This document shows positions 20,064-29,649 of a stretch of 64,000 nucleotides of DNA, piece after piece. The DNA comes from Planctomycetota bacterium (GTDB lineage Bacteria > Planctomycetota > UBA1135 > GCA-002748355), in contig JALUUL010000049.1 in the NCBI GenBank assembly GCA_027021385.1, positions 17,646 through 81,645 of the forward strand, read 5' to 3'. Positions within the stretch are counted from its first letter, which is position 1. Each line of letters opens with the position of its first letter. The notes under the pieces were generated by a model. It saw nothing but the letters and a program-made list of their open reading frames with translations, ran no database searches and was not told the origin of the DNA. A program made the position numbers and the translations under genes.

Positions 20064-21224
20064 TTACGGACTCTCGAGGGTTCGGGATTCCGTCCTGGTC
20101 GGTCCGATCGCGCGTCCGAGGCGCAGGGTCAGGAGGAGCATCGCGGCCAGGAGGAGGGCGCCGTTCAGGAGGTGCGCTCCGCGCACGAACATTCCGAGAC
20201 TCAAGGGGAGGGAGGCGACCTCCGCCTCCCAGGTCACGAGCCAGGCGCCCAGGCCGAGCGCGAGCTGGAGAAGGACGAAGATCAGGGCCAGGACCGCCGG
20301 ACGGCGGAAGAGTCTGTATCCCCAGAGTTCCCGGGCCGACAGCATGGAGGTGAAGGCAACGAGGCCGGTCACGAGGATCGCGAAGAACGCGTGCAGGACG
20401 AGAACCGTTTCATACCCCGTCATCGGTTTTGGATAGACCGCGTGACGGGCGAAGGCCCCGAGCAGGAGCTGCAGGAAGAGAAGCAGGGTCGTCCTCCACG
20501 CGAGCTTGCGCAGGCCTTCGAGCCGATCCGCCGGCAGGCGGAGGGCCGGAAGTTCGTACCAGGCCTTGCCGCAGGCCGCGCCGAGCAGAAGGAATAGGGC
20601 CAGGGTCACCTGGGCGAAGAGGGCGTGGGCCATCGCGAAACCCACCCGGATCGGATCCACCGCGCCGTCCTCCCCGAGGATCGAGGAGGCCGCGGCCCTG
20701 AGTTCGGGCTTGGAGACGACCAGGACCCGGACTCCGCCGAGCACGCCCTGGAGGATCACGATCCACAAGGCATAGGACGAAAGCCTCCGGAACATCCGGC
20801 GGCCGTCCTTCCGGCCGAGGAGGAAGAGCGCGATCGCGAGGATGCCGATCAGTCCGCCGAGGACGCGGTGACGGAGTTCATACCACTGCCCCCCCGTGAC
20901 CTCGCGGAGCCAATCGAAGGCCTGGAAAGGGTTCCAATCCGGATCCGTGTCCCCGGCCCGCATGCTCGTGACGATGCCTCCGAGAACGAGTTGCAGGAGG
21001 GTCGTTCCTACGGCGAGCGCGGCGAGCGCCCGGAGGAGACGTTGGAGATTCGTGCGGATCTCGGGGAGTTCCCCGCCGTCCTCCCGGAATCCGAGGTCTT
21101 CCCCGGGCGTCTCGTCTTGCTCCTCCCGGGAGTCTCCTCCCCGCCCGTGGTCCGGAACCCCACTCGACTCCGCGGTCTCCTCCTCGAACCGGAAGACCTC
21201 TTCCGGATCTCCGGATGTCGCCAT
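20064..21224 (-). CDS. ctaA: Heme A synthase (COX15/CtaA family)
   Basis: Polytopic membrane protein with conserved His-containing helices (HRVLGGLIGILAI, MAHALFAQVTLALF, FARHAVY, LHAFFAI). It is followed 5 nt later by ctaB. Confidence 0.8.
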   Translation of the reverse strand: MATSGDPEEVFRFEEETAESSGVPDHGRGGDSREEQDETPGEDLGFREDGGELPEIRTNLQRLLRALAALAVGTTLLQLVLGGIVTSMRAGDTDPDWNPFQAFDWLREVTGGQWYELRHRVLGGLIGILAIALFLLGRKDGRRMFRRLSSYALWIVILQGVLGGVRVLVVSKPELRAAASSILGEDGAVDPIRVGFAMAHALFAQVTLALFLLLGAACGKAWYELPALRLPADRLEGLRKLAWRTTLLLFLQLLLGAFARHAVYPKPMTGYETVLVLHAFFAILVTGLVAFTSMLSARELWGYRLFRRPAVLALIFVLLQLALGLGAWLVTWEAEVASLPLSLGMFVRGAHLLNGALLLAAMLLLTLRLGRAIGPTRTESRTLESP

Positions 21225-21407
21225 GATCGGCCCCCTTCCTCGTCTCCTCGGTCTCTCGTCGCCTTTCGTGTCTCGCCGTGAACGGCGGGAGGATCATGGC
21301 TCGACCGACTCCGGACGGCATCGCCGCCGCGCGCGTCGGATCGTCGCGCCTGAAAAAACCGCGTCTTCCGGAGGACCGCTCCCTCTCGGGGGAAGGGAGA
21401 ATAGCGG

Positions 21408-21436
21408 TTGACCCCGGCCATCGGGCGACCTACGAT
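21408..21436 (+). promoter_or_regulatory. Sigma-70-type promoter candidate for the tRNA-Glu gene
   Basis: TTGACC (21408..21413), a 17-nt spacer, then TACGAT (21431..21436), about 65 nt upstream of the tRNA 5' end. Confidence 0.35.
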
Positions 21437-21502
21437 TCCGCGCCCTCGATTCCGGCGCAAGCCCCGCGATCCGGGGATTTCCGGCGGTTTCGAGGCATCC
21501 GG

Positions 21503-21578
21503 GCCCCCATCGTCTAGTGGCCTAGGATACATGGTTCTCAGCCATGGGACAGGGGTTCGAGTCCCCTTGGGGGTACCA
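21503..21578 (+). tRNA. tRNA-Glu (anticodon CUC), CCA encoded
   Basis: Folded by hand. Acceptor GCCCCCA/TGGGGGT (G1-U72 wobble). Anticodon stem CATGG/CCATG with loop TTCTCAG (U33, CTC, A37). T arm AGGGG-TTCGAGT-CCCCT. 4-nt variable loop and GTCT/AGGA D arm, as in bacterial tRNA-Glu. Discriminator A followed by CCA. Confidence 0.9.
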
Positions 21579-21583
21579 CGACG

Positions 21584-21618
21584 GGCTCCGCCGGAACCTT
21601 CCGGCGGGGCCTTTTTCT
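21584..21618 (+). terminator. Rho-independent terminator after tRNA-Glu
   Basis: GC-rich hairpin GGCTCCGCCGGAA-CC-TTCCGGCGGGGCC followed by TTTTT (21612..21616). Confidence 0.65.
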
Positions 21619-21641
21619 TGGCGGGCCTCGGAGAGGAGACC

Positions 21642-23048
21642 TCAGGGAAGAGAGGCCTCGAGATCGGCGAGGGCTTCGTCGACGTTGCGACGATGCGTGC
21701 GGTGGCAGAGGATGCAAAGGCGCGCGAGGAAGCGGCCCCGGGCGACGCAACCGGAGATGTGCACCCGGTTCTTCTCGTTGACCCGCCGGACGAGTTCCTT
21801 CGTCGCGGCATCCTCCTCCTCCGGACTCCCTCCGGGAAGGGAGACGCGGAAGGCGAGGATCGAGAGCTGCGGAGGACCTTGGAGTTCTAGCCCGTCCATC
21901 GCCGCGATCCTCTCCGCCGCGTAGAGGGCGAGTTCCCGTTTCTCCGCGATCGTCCGCCGGATCCGCTCGGCTCCATAGAGCTGGACGCACAACCAGATCC
22001 GCAGGCCCCGGAAGGGTCTCGAGAGTTCGGGGCCGAACAGGCTCGGATCGTAGAGATCCTCCTCCGGGAGGTCGGGAAGGTAGTCGGCGGTCGCGGCGTG
22101 CGTGCGGCGCAGCGCCTCCCCGTCACGCACGAGAAGGGCGCCGGTCCCATACGGCAGGAAGAGGCCCTTGTGCGGATCGAGCGTCAGCGAATCGACCTCG
22201 GACAGACCCTCGAGGAGGTTCTTGAGCCCGGGGACCATGTGGAAGAAGGCCCCGTAGGCGCCGTCGCAGTGGTGCCAGAGCCCCTCGCGGCCGGCGAACT
22301 CCTGGATCTCCGGCAACGGATCGACGGCGCCCGTGTTCGTCGTTCCGGCCGAGGAGACGACGAGGAAGGGGCGCAGTCCGGCCTCGCGGTCCGAGACCAC
22401 GGCCCGGGCGAGTTCGTCGACCCGCATGCGGAAGTCCTCGTCGCTCGGAATCCTCCGCACGCGGTCCCCGGCGACTCCCGCGAGCTTCGCTGCCTTCGCC
22501 ACGCAGTGGTGCGTCTGGTCGGAAACGTAGATCGTCCCCTTCCGGATGTCCGGCCCCAGCTTCTCCTCCCGGGCGGTCACGAGGGCGGAGAGGTTCGAGA
22601 GGGATCCTCCCGAGGTCAGCAGGCCGCGGGTCCCCTCGGGAAAGCCCATCCAGTCCCGCAGCCAATCGAGGACGTGGGCCTCGAGCTGCACGAGCATCGG
22701 AGCGGGCCGCCAGACTCCCGTGTAGCGGTTCACGGCCGAGGAGATGAAGTCGGCGAGGGCGGCGGGATAGAGCCCTCCCCCGGGCACGTAGGCGAGGTAG
22801 CCGGGACCCGGGGTGAGGAACGAACGCGGGATCCAGTCCTCGAAGAGCCGGTCCAGGATCTCCTCGAGGGGTCGTCCCCGCTCGGGGATCCGCCCGTCCA
22901 TCGCCCGGCAGTCCGCGGCGGCCTCGACGTCCCCGCAGGCCGGCATCTCCGACAGGGAGGCGAGATGGGCCGCGATCCTCGCGGAGACCTCCCGCCCCAT
23001 CCGCTCCATCACGTCTCGGTCGAAATCCAGTTCCACGACTCCGAACAT
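21642..23048 (-). CDS. PLP-dependent group II decarboxylase (aromatic amino acid / glutamate decarboxylase-like)
   Basis: Start set at MFGVVELDFD. Motifs LLTSGGSLSNLSALVTARE, HHCDGAYGAFF, and SLTLDPHKGLFLPYG (PLP-lysine DPHK). Confidence 0.8.
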   Translation of the reverse strand: MFGVVELDFDRDVMERMGREVSARIAAHLASLSEMPACGDVEAAADCRAMDGRIPERGRPLEEILDRLFEDWIPRSFLTPGPGYLAYVPGGGLYPAALADFISSAVNRYTGVWRPAPMLVQLEAHVLDWLRDWMGFPEGTRGLLTSGGSLSNLSALVTAREEKLGPDIRKGTIYVSDQTHHCVAKAAKLAGVAGDRVRRIPSDEDFRMRVDELARAVVSDREAGLRPFLVVSSAGTTNTGAVDPLPEIQEFAGREGLWHHCDGAYGAFFHMVPGLKNLLEGLSEVDSLTLDPHKGLFLPYGTGALLVRDGEALRRTHAATADYLPDLPEEDLYDPSLFGPELSRPFRGLRIWLCVQLYGAERIRRTIAEKRELALYAAERIAAMDGLELQGPPQLSILAFRVSLPGGSPEEEDAATKELVRRVNEKNRVHISGCVARGRFLARLCILCHRTHRRNVDEALADLEASLP

Positions 23049-23121
23049 AGCGGCGGAAGGACCCCGACCGGGCTCTCTCTTCCTCCCCGCCTTCCCAAAG
23101 GAAAGGGACGCGGGGGAGATC

Positions 23122-26097
23122 CTACTTCCTCGCCTTTCTCTTCTTCGAGTCCAGGGCTTTCGCAAGACTCCCGGGATCGGGCTTCAAGACGAGTTCGATC
23201 CCCTCCCCTCCCCGCGGTCCGACCGAGAGACGACCTCCCCAGAGCCCCGCTCGGGAGAAGGCCGTCACCCGGTAATCCCCGGGAAGGACGGAGTCTAGCA
23301 CGAACCCGAGAGGCGATTTCGAGGAGTCCACGGCCGTCCCCTTCCGGAAATCCTCCGACTCGAAGCCGAGGTAGGTCGGGGGATTCTTCTCGGCGAAGGC
23401 CCGCTCCTTCGGCTTCAAGCCCGAGAGATCCAGGCGCAGGAAACCCCGGACCCGGCAGCCCGGCCTGGGCCGGATTTCGACCTCGACCCGGTCCCCCGGA
23501 GCGAGACGGAAGGATCGGTTGGGCAGGAGGAGTTCGAACCCGCGGGGAGGATTCGCCCCGGTCTTCCACCGCCCCGAGGGGAGCCCCTCGAAGAGAAAGG
23601 TCCCGCGGTCGCCGGTGACGCCGAAAGCCCAGGCCCTGGCCCCGTTCGAGTCCGGCTCCTTCCTCAATCGCACCTGGACCCCGGCCAGGGCGCCCCCCTT
23701 CGAATCACGGACGCGCACGAGGGCGGACCCCAGATGGAGTTGGATCGGGACCTGGATCACCTCCTGCCCCTTCAGCTCGAATCTCCGCTCGTAGAGGCTC
23801 GTCGGAACGGGGCCCTCCTCGTCGGAGGAGCGGACGGCGAGGGTATAGGTTCCGCTCGGAAGGCCGTCGAAGCGGAACGCCCCGGCGGCGTCGGTCCGGG
23901 TCTTCAGGAACTCCCGCCCCCGTAACCGGATGTAGTACCCCGCGCCCGGTTCGCCCCCGATCCGGAGGGTCCCGGCGATAACGCCGAAGCCAACGGGTCT
24001 CCCCTCGGCCAGTTCGAGGCGGACGCGGGCCGTCCCGCCGGAGGGGATCTCGACCCCGACCCGGACCGAGGCGCGCATCATCCCTTCGAGCTTCAGGAAA
24101 TCCCTCGGCGAACGGATCGTGTGGAGGGGGAAGAAGGGCCTGGCCTTCCAGGATCCGGGTTGCAGGCCCGCGAAACGGAAGTTCCCCCGCGCGTCGGAGA
24201 CAGCAAGGCGGGGCATGACCAGGCCATCGAAGTCCCGGGAAAACCGGCCCACCGGTTCGGCGAGGATGGACGTCGGTTCGGGCGGGGCGCCGTTCTTCAC
24301 GACGACCCCCTCGAGGTTTCCGAGGGCCCGCAGGCGGAAGCGGACGACGGTTCCCTCCGTCACGACCGCCTCCAGGGTCTCGATCGCATACCCCGGATGC
24401 CGGACGAGGAACCTCGCCTTTCCCCGGGGGGGACCCGAGACCTCGAGCAGACCCTCCGAATCCGTGCGCCCCAGGGTCACGGGCATCGGAGTCCACATCT
24501 CCTCCTGCGCCCAGAGGATCCTCGCTCCTCCGACCGCGGCCCCTCCCTCCTCCCGGACCTCGAATCGACAGCGCAGAGCCTTCCTAAGGTCGAGGAGGCA
24601 GGGCTTCCCCTTCCCCTTCTCCGGAAGTTCGAGTTCTCCGGAAGCGAAGGCGAAGCCATCCTTCCCCGCCGTGACCCGGTAGACCCCGGGGGGCAGATCC
24701 TTGACCTCCCAGCGACCCAGTTCGCGTTCCTCGAGATGCAGGGAAGCCGGAAGAAGGTCACCCTCCCCCGGGAGCCCCGAGAGGCGCATCTTCCTTTCGA
24801 TGCGCAACCGCGCCCCGCCCAGCGGACGCCCCCCGGGCCCCCGAACGATCACGAGCCCCGTCCGAAGCCTCGCGAGGCGGATCTCCACCGGATCCCCCCC
24901 GCGATACGGCCCGAAGACCTCCCACGCCGCCCCCTCGAACTTCCGGAGCGCGAGCCAGAGTCTCCCCTTCCTCAACCCGGCGATCCGGAAGTCCCCCGAC
25001 GCGCCGCTTTGGACCGGCCGTCCGAGCATCGCCAACCCGCCCACCGGCAGTTCGGCTCCCGCCGCGCACTCCGCGCCCTCCACCCCCTCGCCGTCGGCGT
25101 CCAGGATTCTCCCCTCGAGAACCTCGCCCTCCGGCATCCGGAGATCTCCGAGGTCCTTCGTCCTCCCGGCCCGGATTCTCGTCGTCCTCGTCAGGCGGCC
25201 GTATCCCGGAAGCGTGCACAGCAGGGTCGAGGGGCCCGGCCGGATCCCGCGGACTTCGAAACGCCCGTCGGGTCCGGTTCTGCCTTCCCCGAAGGGAAGG
25301 ACCGCATCCAGCTTCGCGAGCCATGCGGGAATCGGAAAGAGCGTCCGGCCCCCGGACCCTCCCACGACCCCACTGTTCGTCTCGAGGATCATCCCCTCCG
25401 GGTCCCAGGCGCTCAGCCCGAAGTTCATCACGATCCTCGGAAGATCGAGGACCCGAACCCGGACCCCCCGGAGGCCCTTCCCTTCCCCGTCGACGATCCG
25501 CCCCTTCAGGATCCCGCGTTCGACGAGGACGATCTCGCCGAGATCGGTGACCCGTCCCGGAGAGGGGGAGCGGTCGACGATGCGGAACGCGGCCTCGTCC
25601 GTTCCCAACCCGATCGCGAGCACGAGGATCGCCCGGGAATGAAGACCGATCATTTCGAAGCGCCCGTCGGCGTCCGTCCTGACCCTCGCCTTGAACTCGA
25701 GCGGGTTCCGGAGGCTCCCTCCCTCGAGGACCTCCTCGAGCCGGAGGCCGAACGGCGTCCCCCAGACCTCGACGGCCTCGACCGCGATCCCCGCCACCGG
25801 GCTGCGGTCCTTCTCCCGGACGATGCGGCCGCGCAGACCTCCGAGCGCCTTCCGGTATCCGGAGTCCTCCGCTTCCCCGGAGCCTTCTTCGCCGGCGGAG
25901 ACCTCACGCTGGGCGGGGTTGGAGACCTTCCCGGGCTTCCCCTCGATCTCGATCCCTCCCCCCGGCCCGGTCTGCACTTCGACCTTTTCCGGGAGGGCGC
26001 CGCTGTCCCCCGGGTCCCCGTTCCGGGGAACGAAGATGAGGACCGCCCCGGCGGCCGCGGCCAGGACGAGGGCGAGAAGAGCATGGCTGCGTTTCAT
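23122..26097 (-). CDS. Giant secreted protein built from repeated carboxypeptidase-regulatory-like (prealbumin-fold) beta-sandwich modules, paralog 1
   Basis: 991 aa. Signal/anchor MKRSHALLALVLAAAAGAVLIF. Recurrent module signature G.l.GRIvD..G.pl.Ga.V.l....t.tD..G.F.f.gL..G.Y.l. Collinear with the next gene. Confidence 0.7.
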   Translation of the reverse strand: MKRSHALLALVLAAAAGAVLIFVPRNGDPGDSGALPEKVEVQTGPGGGIEIEGKPGKVSNPAQREVSAGEEGSGEAEDSGYRKALGGLRGRIVREKDRSPVAGIAVEAVEVWGTPFGLRLEEVLEGGSLRNPLEFKARVRTDADGRFEMIGLHSRAILVLAIGLGTDEAAFRIVDRSPSPGRVTDLGEIVLVERGILKGRIVDGEGKGLRGVRVRVLDLPRIVMNFGLSAWDPEGMILETNSGVVGGSGGRTLFPIPAWLAKLDAVLPFGEGRTGPDGRFEVRGIRPGPSTLLCTLPGYGRLTRTTRIRAGRTKDLGDLRMPEGEVLEGRILDADGEGVEGAECAAGAELPVGGLAMLGRPVQSGASGDFRIAGLRKGRLWLALRKFEGAAWEVFGPYRGGDPVEIRLARLRTGLVIVRGPGGRPLGGARLRIERKMRLSGLPGEGDLLPASLHLEERELGRWEVKDLPPGVYRVTAGKDGFAFASGELELPEKGKGKPCLLDLRKALRCRFEVREEGGAAVGGARILWAQEEMWTPMPVTLGRTDSEGLLEVSGPPRGKARFLVRHPGYAIETLEAVVTEGTVVRFRLRALGNLEGVVVKNGAPPEPTSILAEPVGRFSRDFDGLVMPRLAVSDARGNFRFAGLQPGSWKARPFFPLHTIRSPRDFLKLEGMMRASVRVGVEIPSGGTARVRLELAEGRPVGFGVIAGTLRIGGEPGAGYYIRLRGREFLKTRTDAAGAFRFDGLPSGTYTLAVRSSDEEGPVPTSLYERRFELKGQEVIQVPIQLHLGSALVRVRDSKGGALAGVQVRLRKEPDSNGARAWAFGVTGDRGTFLFEGLPSGRWKTGANPPRGFELLLPNRSFRLAPGDRVEVEIRPRPGCRVRGFLRLDLSGLKPKERAFAEKNPPTYLGFESEDFRKGTAVDSSKSPLGFVLDSVLPGDYRVTAFSRAGLWGGRLSVGPRGGEGIELVLKPDPGSLAKALDSKKRKARK

Positions 26098-26193
26098 GAG
26101 GGCTCTCTCGGTTCAGAACGCTCGGGCGCCGAGGTCCAGGATCCACTCCCCCTCGAAAAAACGCAAGGAAGCGGGGAAAGCAGTCGAACCCGC

Positions 26194-28245
26194 CTAGCCG
26201 TCCCTCCACACGATCCGGGTCGTATCCCCGGGACCGATCTCCACCTCGACGGCGGGTCCTCCCTCTCCCCCCAGGCCCGCCTCCTCCGCGAGCTTCAGGA
26301 GCCGGGTGAAGGGGGAGCGGATCCTATCCAGGCCGTCGATCGCGTGGATCCTCCAGGTTCCCGGCTCGAGCCCCTCGAAACGGAACTCCCCTCCCGCGTC
26401 CGCTCTCGCGAAGCGGAACTCCGGCCCCGTCCTCGGGTCCCGGTCCCACCGCAGCGCGAAGAACCTCGAGGTCCGGGATCTCAGAAGGTCCGCCGTTTCG
26501 ACACGACCCACGAGTCTCCCGAGCCGGGGCAGCCGCAGCTTCACGAAGGCTCCCGAAACGGGGGGAGGCTCGAATCTCCCGATCGCGAAGGCCGGATGTT
26601 CGACGGTCAGGACCTTGGCGGTCCTCAGCGGGAGGCGGACTTCCAGGTCCCCCCTCGAGTCCGTCTCCCCGAGAAAGATCGGAATCCTCGAGAGGAAATC
26701 CCATCGACCGGGGATGGGAGCCTCCATCTTCAGGAGGGCGTGGAGCCGCGCGCCAGCGAGCGGGCGCCCCGAAGGATCCACGACCCGCAGGCGGAACGAC
26801 CGCGGAGAGGGTAGCACGAGGCGGCAAGCGCCCTCCTCCTCCCGTTCCGGGAGGACTAGGGTCCCCTCCGCCCACGGTCCCCCTCGTCGTCCCGCCAGAA
26901 CGGTGTAGGACCCCGGCGGCAATCCCTCGACCCTCCACCGCCCCGGCCCCGCCGCCCGCAGATGTCGGGAGGAGTCCAGCGGATCCTCGTAGCCCTCGAG
27001 ACGGTACAGGAATCCCCTCGTCAGGATCCGGGCTCGGACCCCGGAGGGCGGGCGGCCCGAAGGATCCACGACCTCGAGGCTCCCCGACCGGAGGGGGGGA
27101 AGGACGATCTCGGCCTTCCTTCCGAACGGAAAGGGTCCGAAGATCTCGAGGGGCATCCCCCGCTCCCTCGAGATTCCCACGAAGACACCCAATCTCCGGA
27201 GCCCGTGGAAGAGGAATCGATCCGGGGGTTCGAAACGGAACGGTCTGTTATAGAGAAGGCCCAGGTGGCCGAGGTCGTCGGGCGAGAAAGGGATCAGCGG
27301 GCCCTCGAGGATCCGGAACGGACGGAAGGCCTTCCGATCCGGTCCGAGAATCCTCGCCTCGAACTCCGTCCCGGCCGCGAGACGGAGGACCCCGAGATCC
27401 TTCTCCTGTCCGGTCCGGACCCGCAGCGACCTCCGGAAGGGAGGGAAACCCGGATGCAGGGCCAACAGGACCGAGACCCCGGGTCGAAGATCCCGGATCG
27501 CGAAGGTCCCGTCGGGCCCGGTCCTCGCGGTCCGGAAGGCCATCGCCTCCCAGATCCTCCGGACCCAGCCGGGTATCCCGAGGTGGAGGCGGGTTCCCCC
27601 GCCGCGGAACCAGAACGGCCGCCCCTCCCCCCCGAACAGGCGCGGCGTCCGGGTCGTCACGAAGAAGGGAAGGTCGGCGACCAGGACCCGGACGCCCTCG
27701 ACCCCCTTCCCGTCCGGCCCGAGGATCCGTCCCCGGACCCCGCCCCGCTCGAGGAGGAGGAGATCCCCGAGATCGGCGGTTTCTCCGGAGCCGAAGGAAC
27801 GATCCGGGATGCGGCAGGTCGCCCACTCCGTTCCGGAACCGATCGCAAGGAGGAAGAATCCGCGGGGGTGCAATCCTCCGACCGAGAAGCGGCCGTCCTC
27901 GGCGGTGCGCGTCCGAGACTCGCGGAGGAACCCGGTCCCTCTCGGAGCTTCGCTTCCTTCGTCGAGAAGCCGGTCCAGGGTCACGAACAGGGAGGGAAGC
28001 CGCAACTCGAGGACCTCGACCTCGAGACCCGCGAGCGGGCTCCGGTCCATTCCGCGCAGGAGGCGGCCGCGGAAACCGCCCAGGGCCTTCTCGATTCCGG
28101 GGTTCCTCCGCCCGGTTCCTTCCCTCTTCCGGTCCCGGACCTCGGCGCTCGCCGAACCCCGAGGCTCTGGACCCTGGGATCGCGCGGCCTGGGCGAGGAG
28201 AGGACCCAGAAAGAAAAGGACGAGGGCGGTCGGGCGGAGGTTCAT
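26194..28245 (-). CDS. Giant secreted carboxypeptidase-regulatory-like repeat protein, paralog 2
   Basis: Start chosen at MNLRPTALVLFFLGPLLAQA (signal peptide). Collinear similarity to paralog 1, for example KALGGFRGRLLRGMDRSPLAGLEVEV against KALGGLRGRIVREKDRSPVAGIAVEA, and TAEDGRFSVGGLHPRGFFLLAIG against TDADGRFEMIGLHSRAILVLAIG. Confidence 0.7.
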   Translation of the reverse strand: MNLRPTALVLFFLGPLLAQAARSQGPEPRGSASAEVRDRKREGTGRRNPGIEKALGGFRGRLLRGMDRSPLAGLEVEVLELRLPSLFVTLDRLLDEGSEAPRGTGFLRESRTRTAEDGRFSVGGLHPRGFFLLAIGSGTEWATCRIPDRSFGSGETADLGDLLLLERGGVRGRILGPDGKGVEGVRVLVADLPFFVTTRTPRLFGGEGRPFWFRGGGTRLHLGIPGWVRRIWEAMAFRTARTGPDGTFAIRDLRPGVSVLLALHPGFPPFRRSLRVRTGQEKDLGVLRLAAGTEFEARILGPDRKAFRPFRILEGPLIPFSPDDLGHLGLLYNRPFRFEPPDRFLFHGLRRLGVFVGISRERGMPLEIFGPFPFGRKAEIVLPPLRSGSLEVVDPSGRPPSGVRARILTRGFLYRLEGYEDPLDSSRHLRAAGPGRWRVEGLPPGSYTVLAGRRGGPWAEGTLVLPEREEEGACRLVLPSPRSFRLRVVDPSGRPLAGARLHALLKMEAPIPGRWDFLSRIPIFLGETDSRGDLEVRLPLRTAKVLTVEHPAFAIGRFEPPPVSGAFVKLRLPRLGRLVGRVETADLLRSRTSRFFALRWDRDPRTGPEFRFARADAGGEFRFEGLEPGTWRIHAIDGLDRIRSPFTRLLKLAEEAGLGGEGGPAVEVEIGPGDTTRIVWRDG

Positions 28246-28419
28246 CGCGATTCGGAGAGGCCTGGAACAGGATCCCGCCTTCCGCCGCGCGGGACAAGAA
28301 GGCCGGAACCGAATCCCGCAGGGGGATTCGCGGCTGGAAGAGGCTCCGGGCGGCGGGCATGCTCCCCTGCCATCTGCGGGTCGACGGGGAACCTCGGAGT
28401 CCCCGGATCGGAAGGAACC

Positions 28420-29637
28420 ATGGTCAAGAAGGTCGTGTTGGCGTATTCGGGGGGTCTCGACACCTCGATCATCATCCCCTGGTTGAAGGAACGGTACGGC
28501 TGCGAGGTCCATTGCCTCGCCGGAGACGTCGGTCAGGGCGCCGGGGAGCTCGAGGGTCTCGAGGAGAAAGCCCTCGCGACCGGAGCCTCCTCGTGCCGGA
28601 TCGCCGATCTCAGGCGGGAGTTCCTCGAGGAGGTCGTCTGGCCCTGCCTGATGGCGGGGGCCGTCTACGAACGCCGTTATCTCCTAGGCACGGCGATGGC
28701 GCGCCCGATCCTCGGGCGCGCCCAGGTCCGCTACGCGCGCGAGATCGGCGCGGACGCTCTCGCGCACGGTTGCACCGGCAAGGGGAACGATCAGGTCCGC
28801 TTCGAACTCGCCTACCGCGCCCTGGCGCCGGAACTCGAGGTCCTCGCGCCCTGGCGCCGCTGGGAGATCCGCTCCCGCGAGGACGCGATCGACTACGCCG
28901 AAGCCCGGGGGATCCGGGTCTCCGCGTCGAAGACCAAGATCTACTCGCGCGACCGGAACCTCTGGCACGTCTCCCACGAGGGAGGGGCGATCGAGGATCC
29001 GGGCAACCCACCGCCCGAGGACGCGTGGATGCTGACCGTGGACCCCGCGGAAGCGCCGGACGAGCCCCGGGACCTCGAGATCACCTTCGAAGGGGGGCAG
29101 CCCACGGCCCTCGACGGCCGGGAACGCGATCCCGTCTCCCTGCTCGAGGACCTGAACGAATGCGGCGGCGCGCATGGCGTCGGACGGACCGACATCGTCG
29201 AGAACCGGCTCGTCGGCATGAAGAGCCGGGGGCTCTACGAGACGCCGGGAGGAACGATCCTCTTTGAAGCCCTGCGCGCTCTCCAATCCCTCGTCCTCGA
29301 CCGCGACACGCTGCACACGATGGAACGCCTCGCGCTGCGCTTCGCCGAGATCTGCTACTTCGGGCAGTGGTTCGGTCCGGAACGCGAGGCCTTGCAGGCC
29401 TTCTTCGAAAAGGCCAACGAGGTCTGCACCGGCAAGGTCGAAATCCGCCTGTTCAAGGGGAGGGCCGACGCGCGGCGCATCGAGAGCCCGAACTCGCTCT
29501 ACCGGGAGGACCTCGCGACCTTCGGGGAGGGCGGATCCTACCGGCAGGAGGATTCGGAGGGCTTCGTGCGCCTCTTCGGGCTTCCGCTCGAGGTCGCGGG
29601 CGCCGTCAGGCGCGCCTCGGACCTCCGCGGGACCTGA
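28420..29637 (+). CDS. argG: Argininosuccinate synthase
   Basis: MVKKVVLAYSGGLDTS (N-type ATP pyrophosphatase P-loop), AHGCTGKGNDQVRFE, NLWHVSHEGG, RGLYETPGG. The upstream part of track ORF 26962.. is antisense to paralog 2 and was discarded. Confidence 0.95.
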   Translation: MVKKVVLAYSGGLDTSIIIPWLKERYGCEVHCLAGDVGQGAGELEGLEEKALATGASSCRIADLRREFLEEVVWPCLMAGAVYERRYLLGTAMARPILGRAQVRYAREIGADALAHGCTGKGNDQVRFELAYRALAPELEVLAPWRRWEIRSREDAIDYAEARGIRVSASKTKIYSRDRNLWHVSHEGGAIEDPGNPPPEDAWMLTVDPAEAPDEPRDLEITFEGGQPTALDGRERDPVSLLEDLNECGGAHGVGRTDIVENRLVGMKSRGLYETPGGTILFEALRALQSLVLDRDTLHTMERLALRFAEICYFGQWFGPEREALQAFFEKANEVCTGKVEIRLFKGRADARRIESPNSLYREDLATFGEGGSYRQEDSEGFVRLFGLPLEVAGAVRRASDLRGT

Positions 29638-29649
29638 GTTCCGGCCGGC

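Noticed and set aside
21503-21578. Functional link between tRNA-Glu and the glutamyl-tRNA reductase/heme cluster
   Set aside because: The tRNA has anticodon CUC, lies about 20 kb from hemA, and is in a different transcription unit. The co-occurrence is most likely coincidental.
24121-26814. 897-aa plus-strand ORF spanning both giant paralog genes, plus the 26962..28419 part of the ORF that ends as argG
   Set aside because: They are antisense to the signal-peptide-bearing, mutually paralogous minus-strand proteins. Composition is P/R/E/G-rich and repeat-free. The argG reading frame only becomes protein-like at the ATG at 28420.
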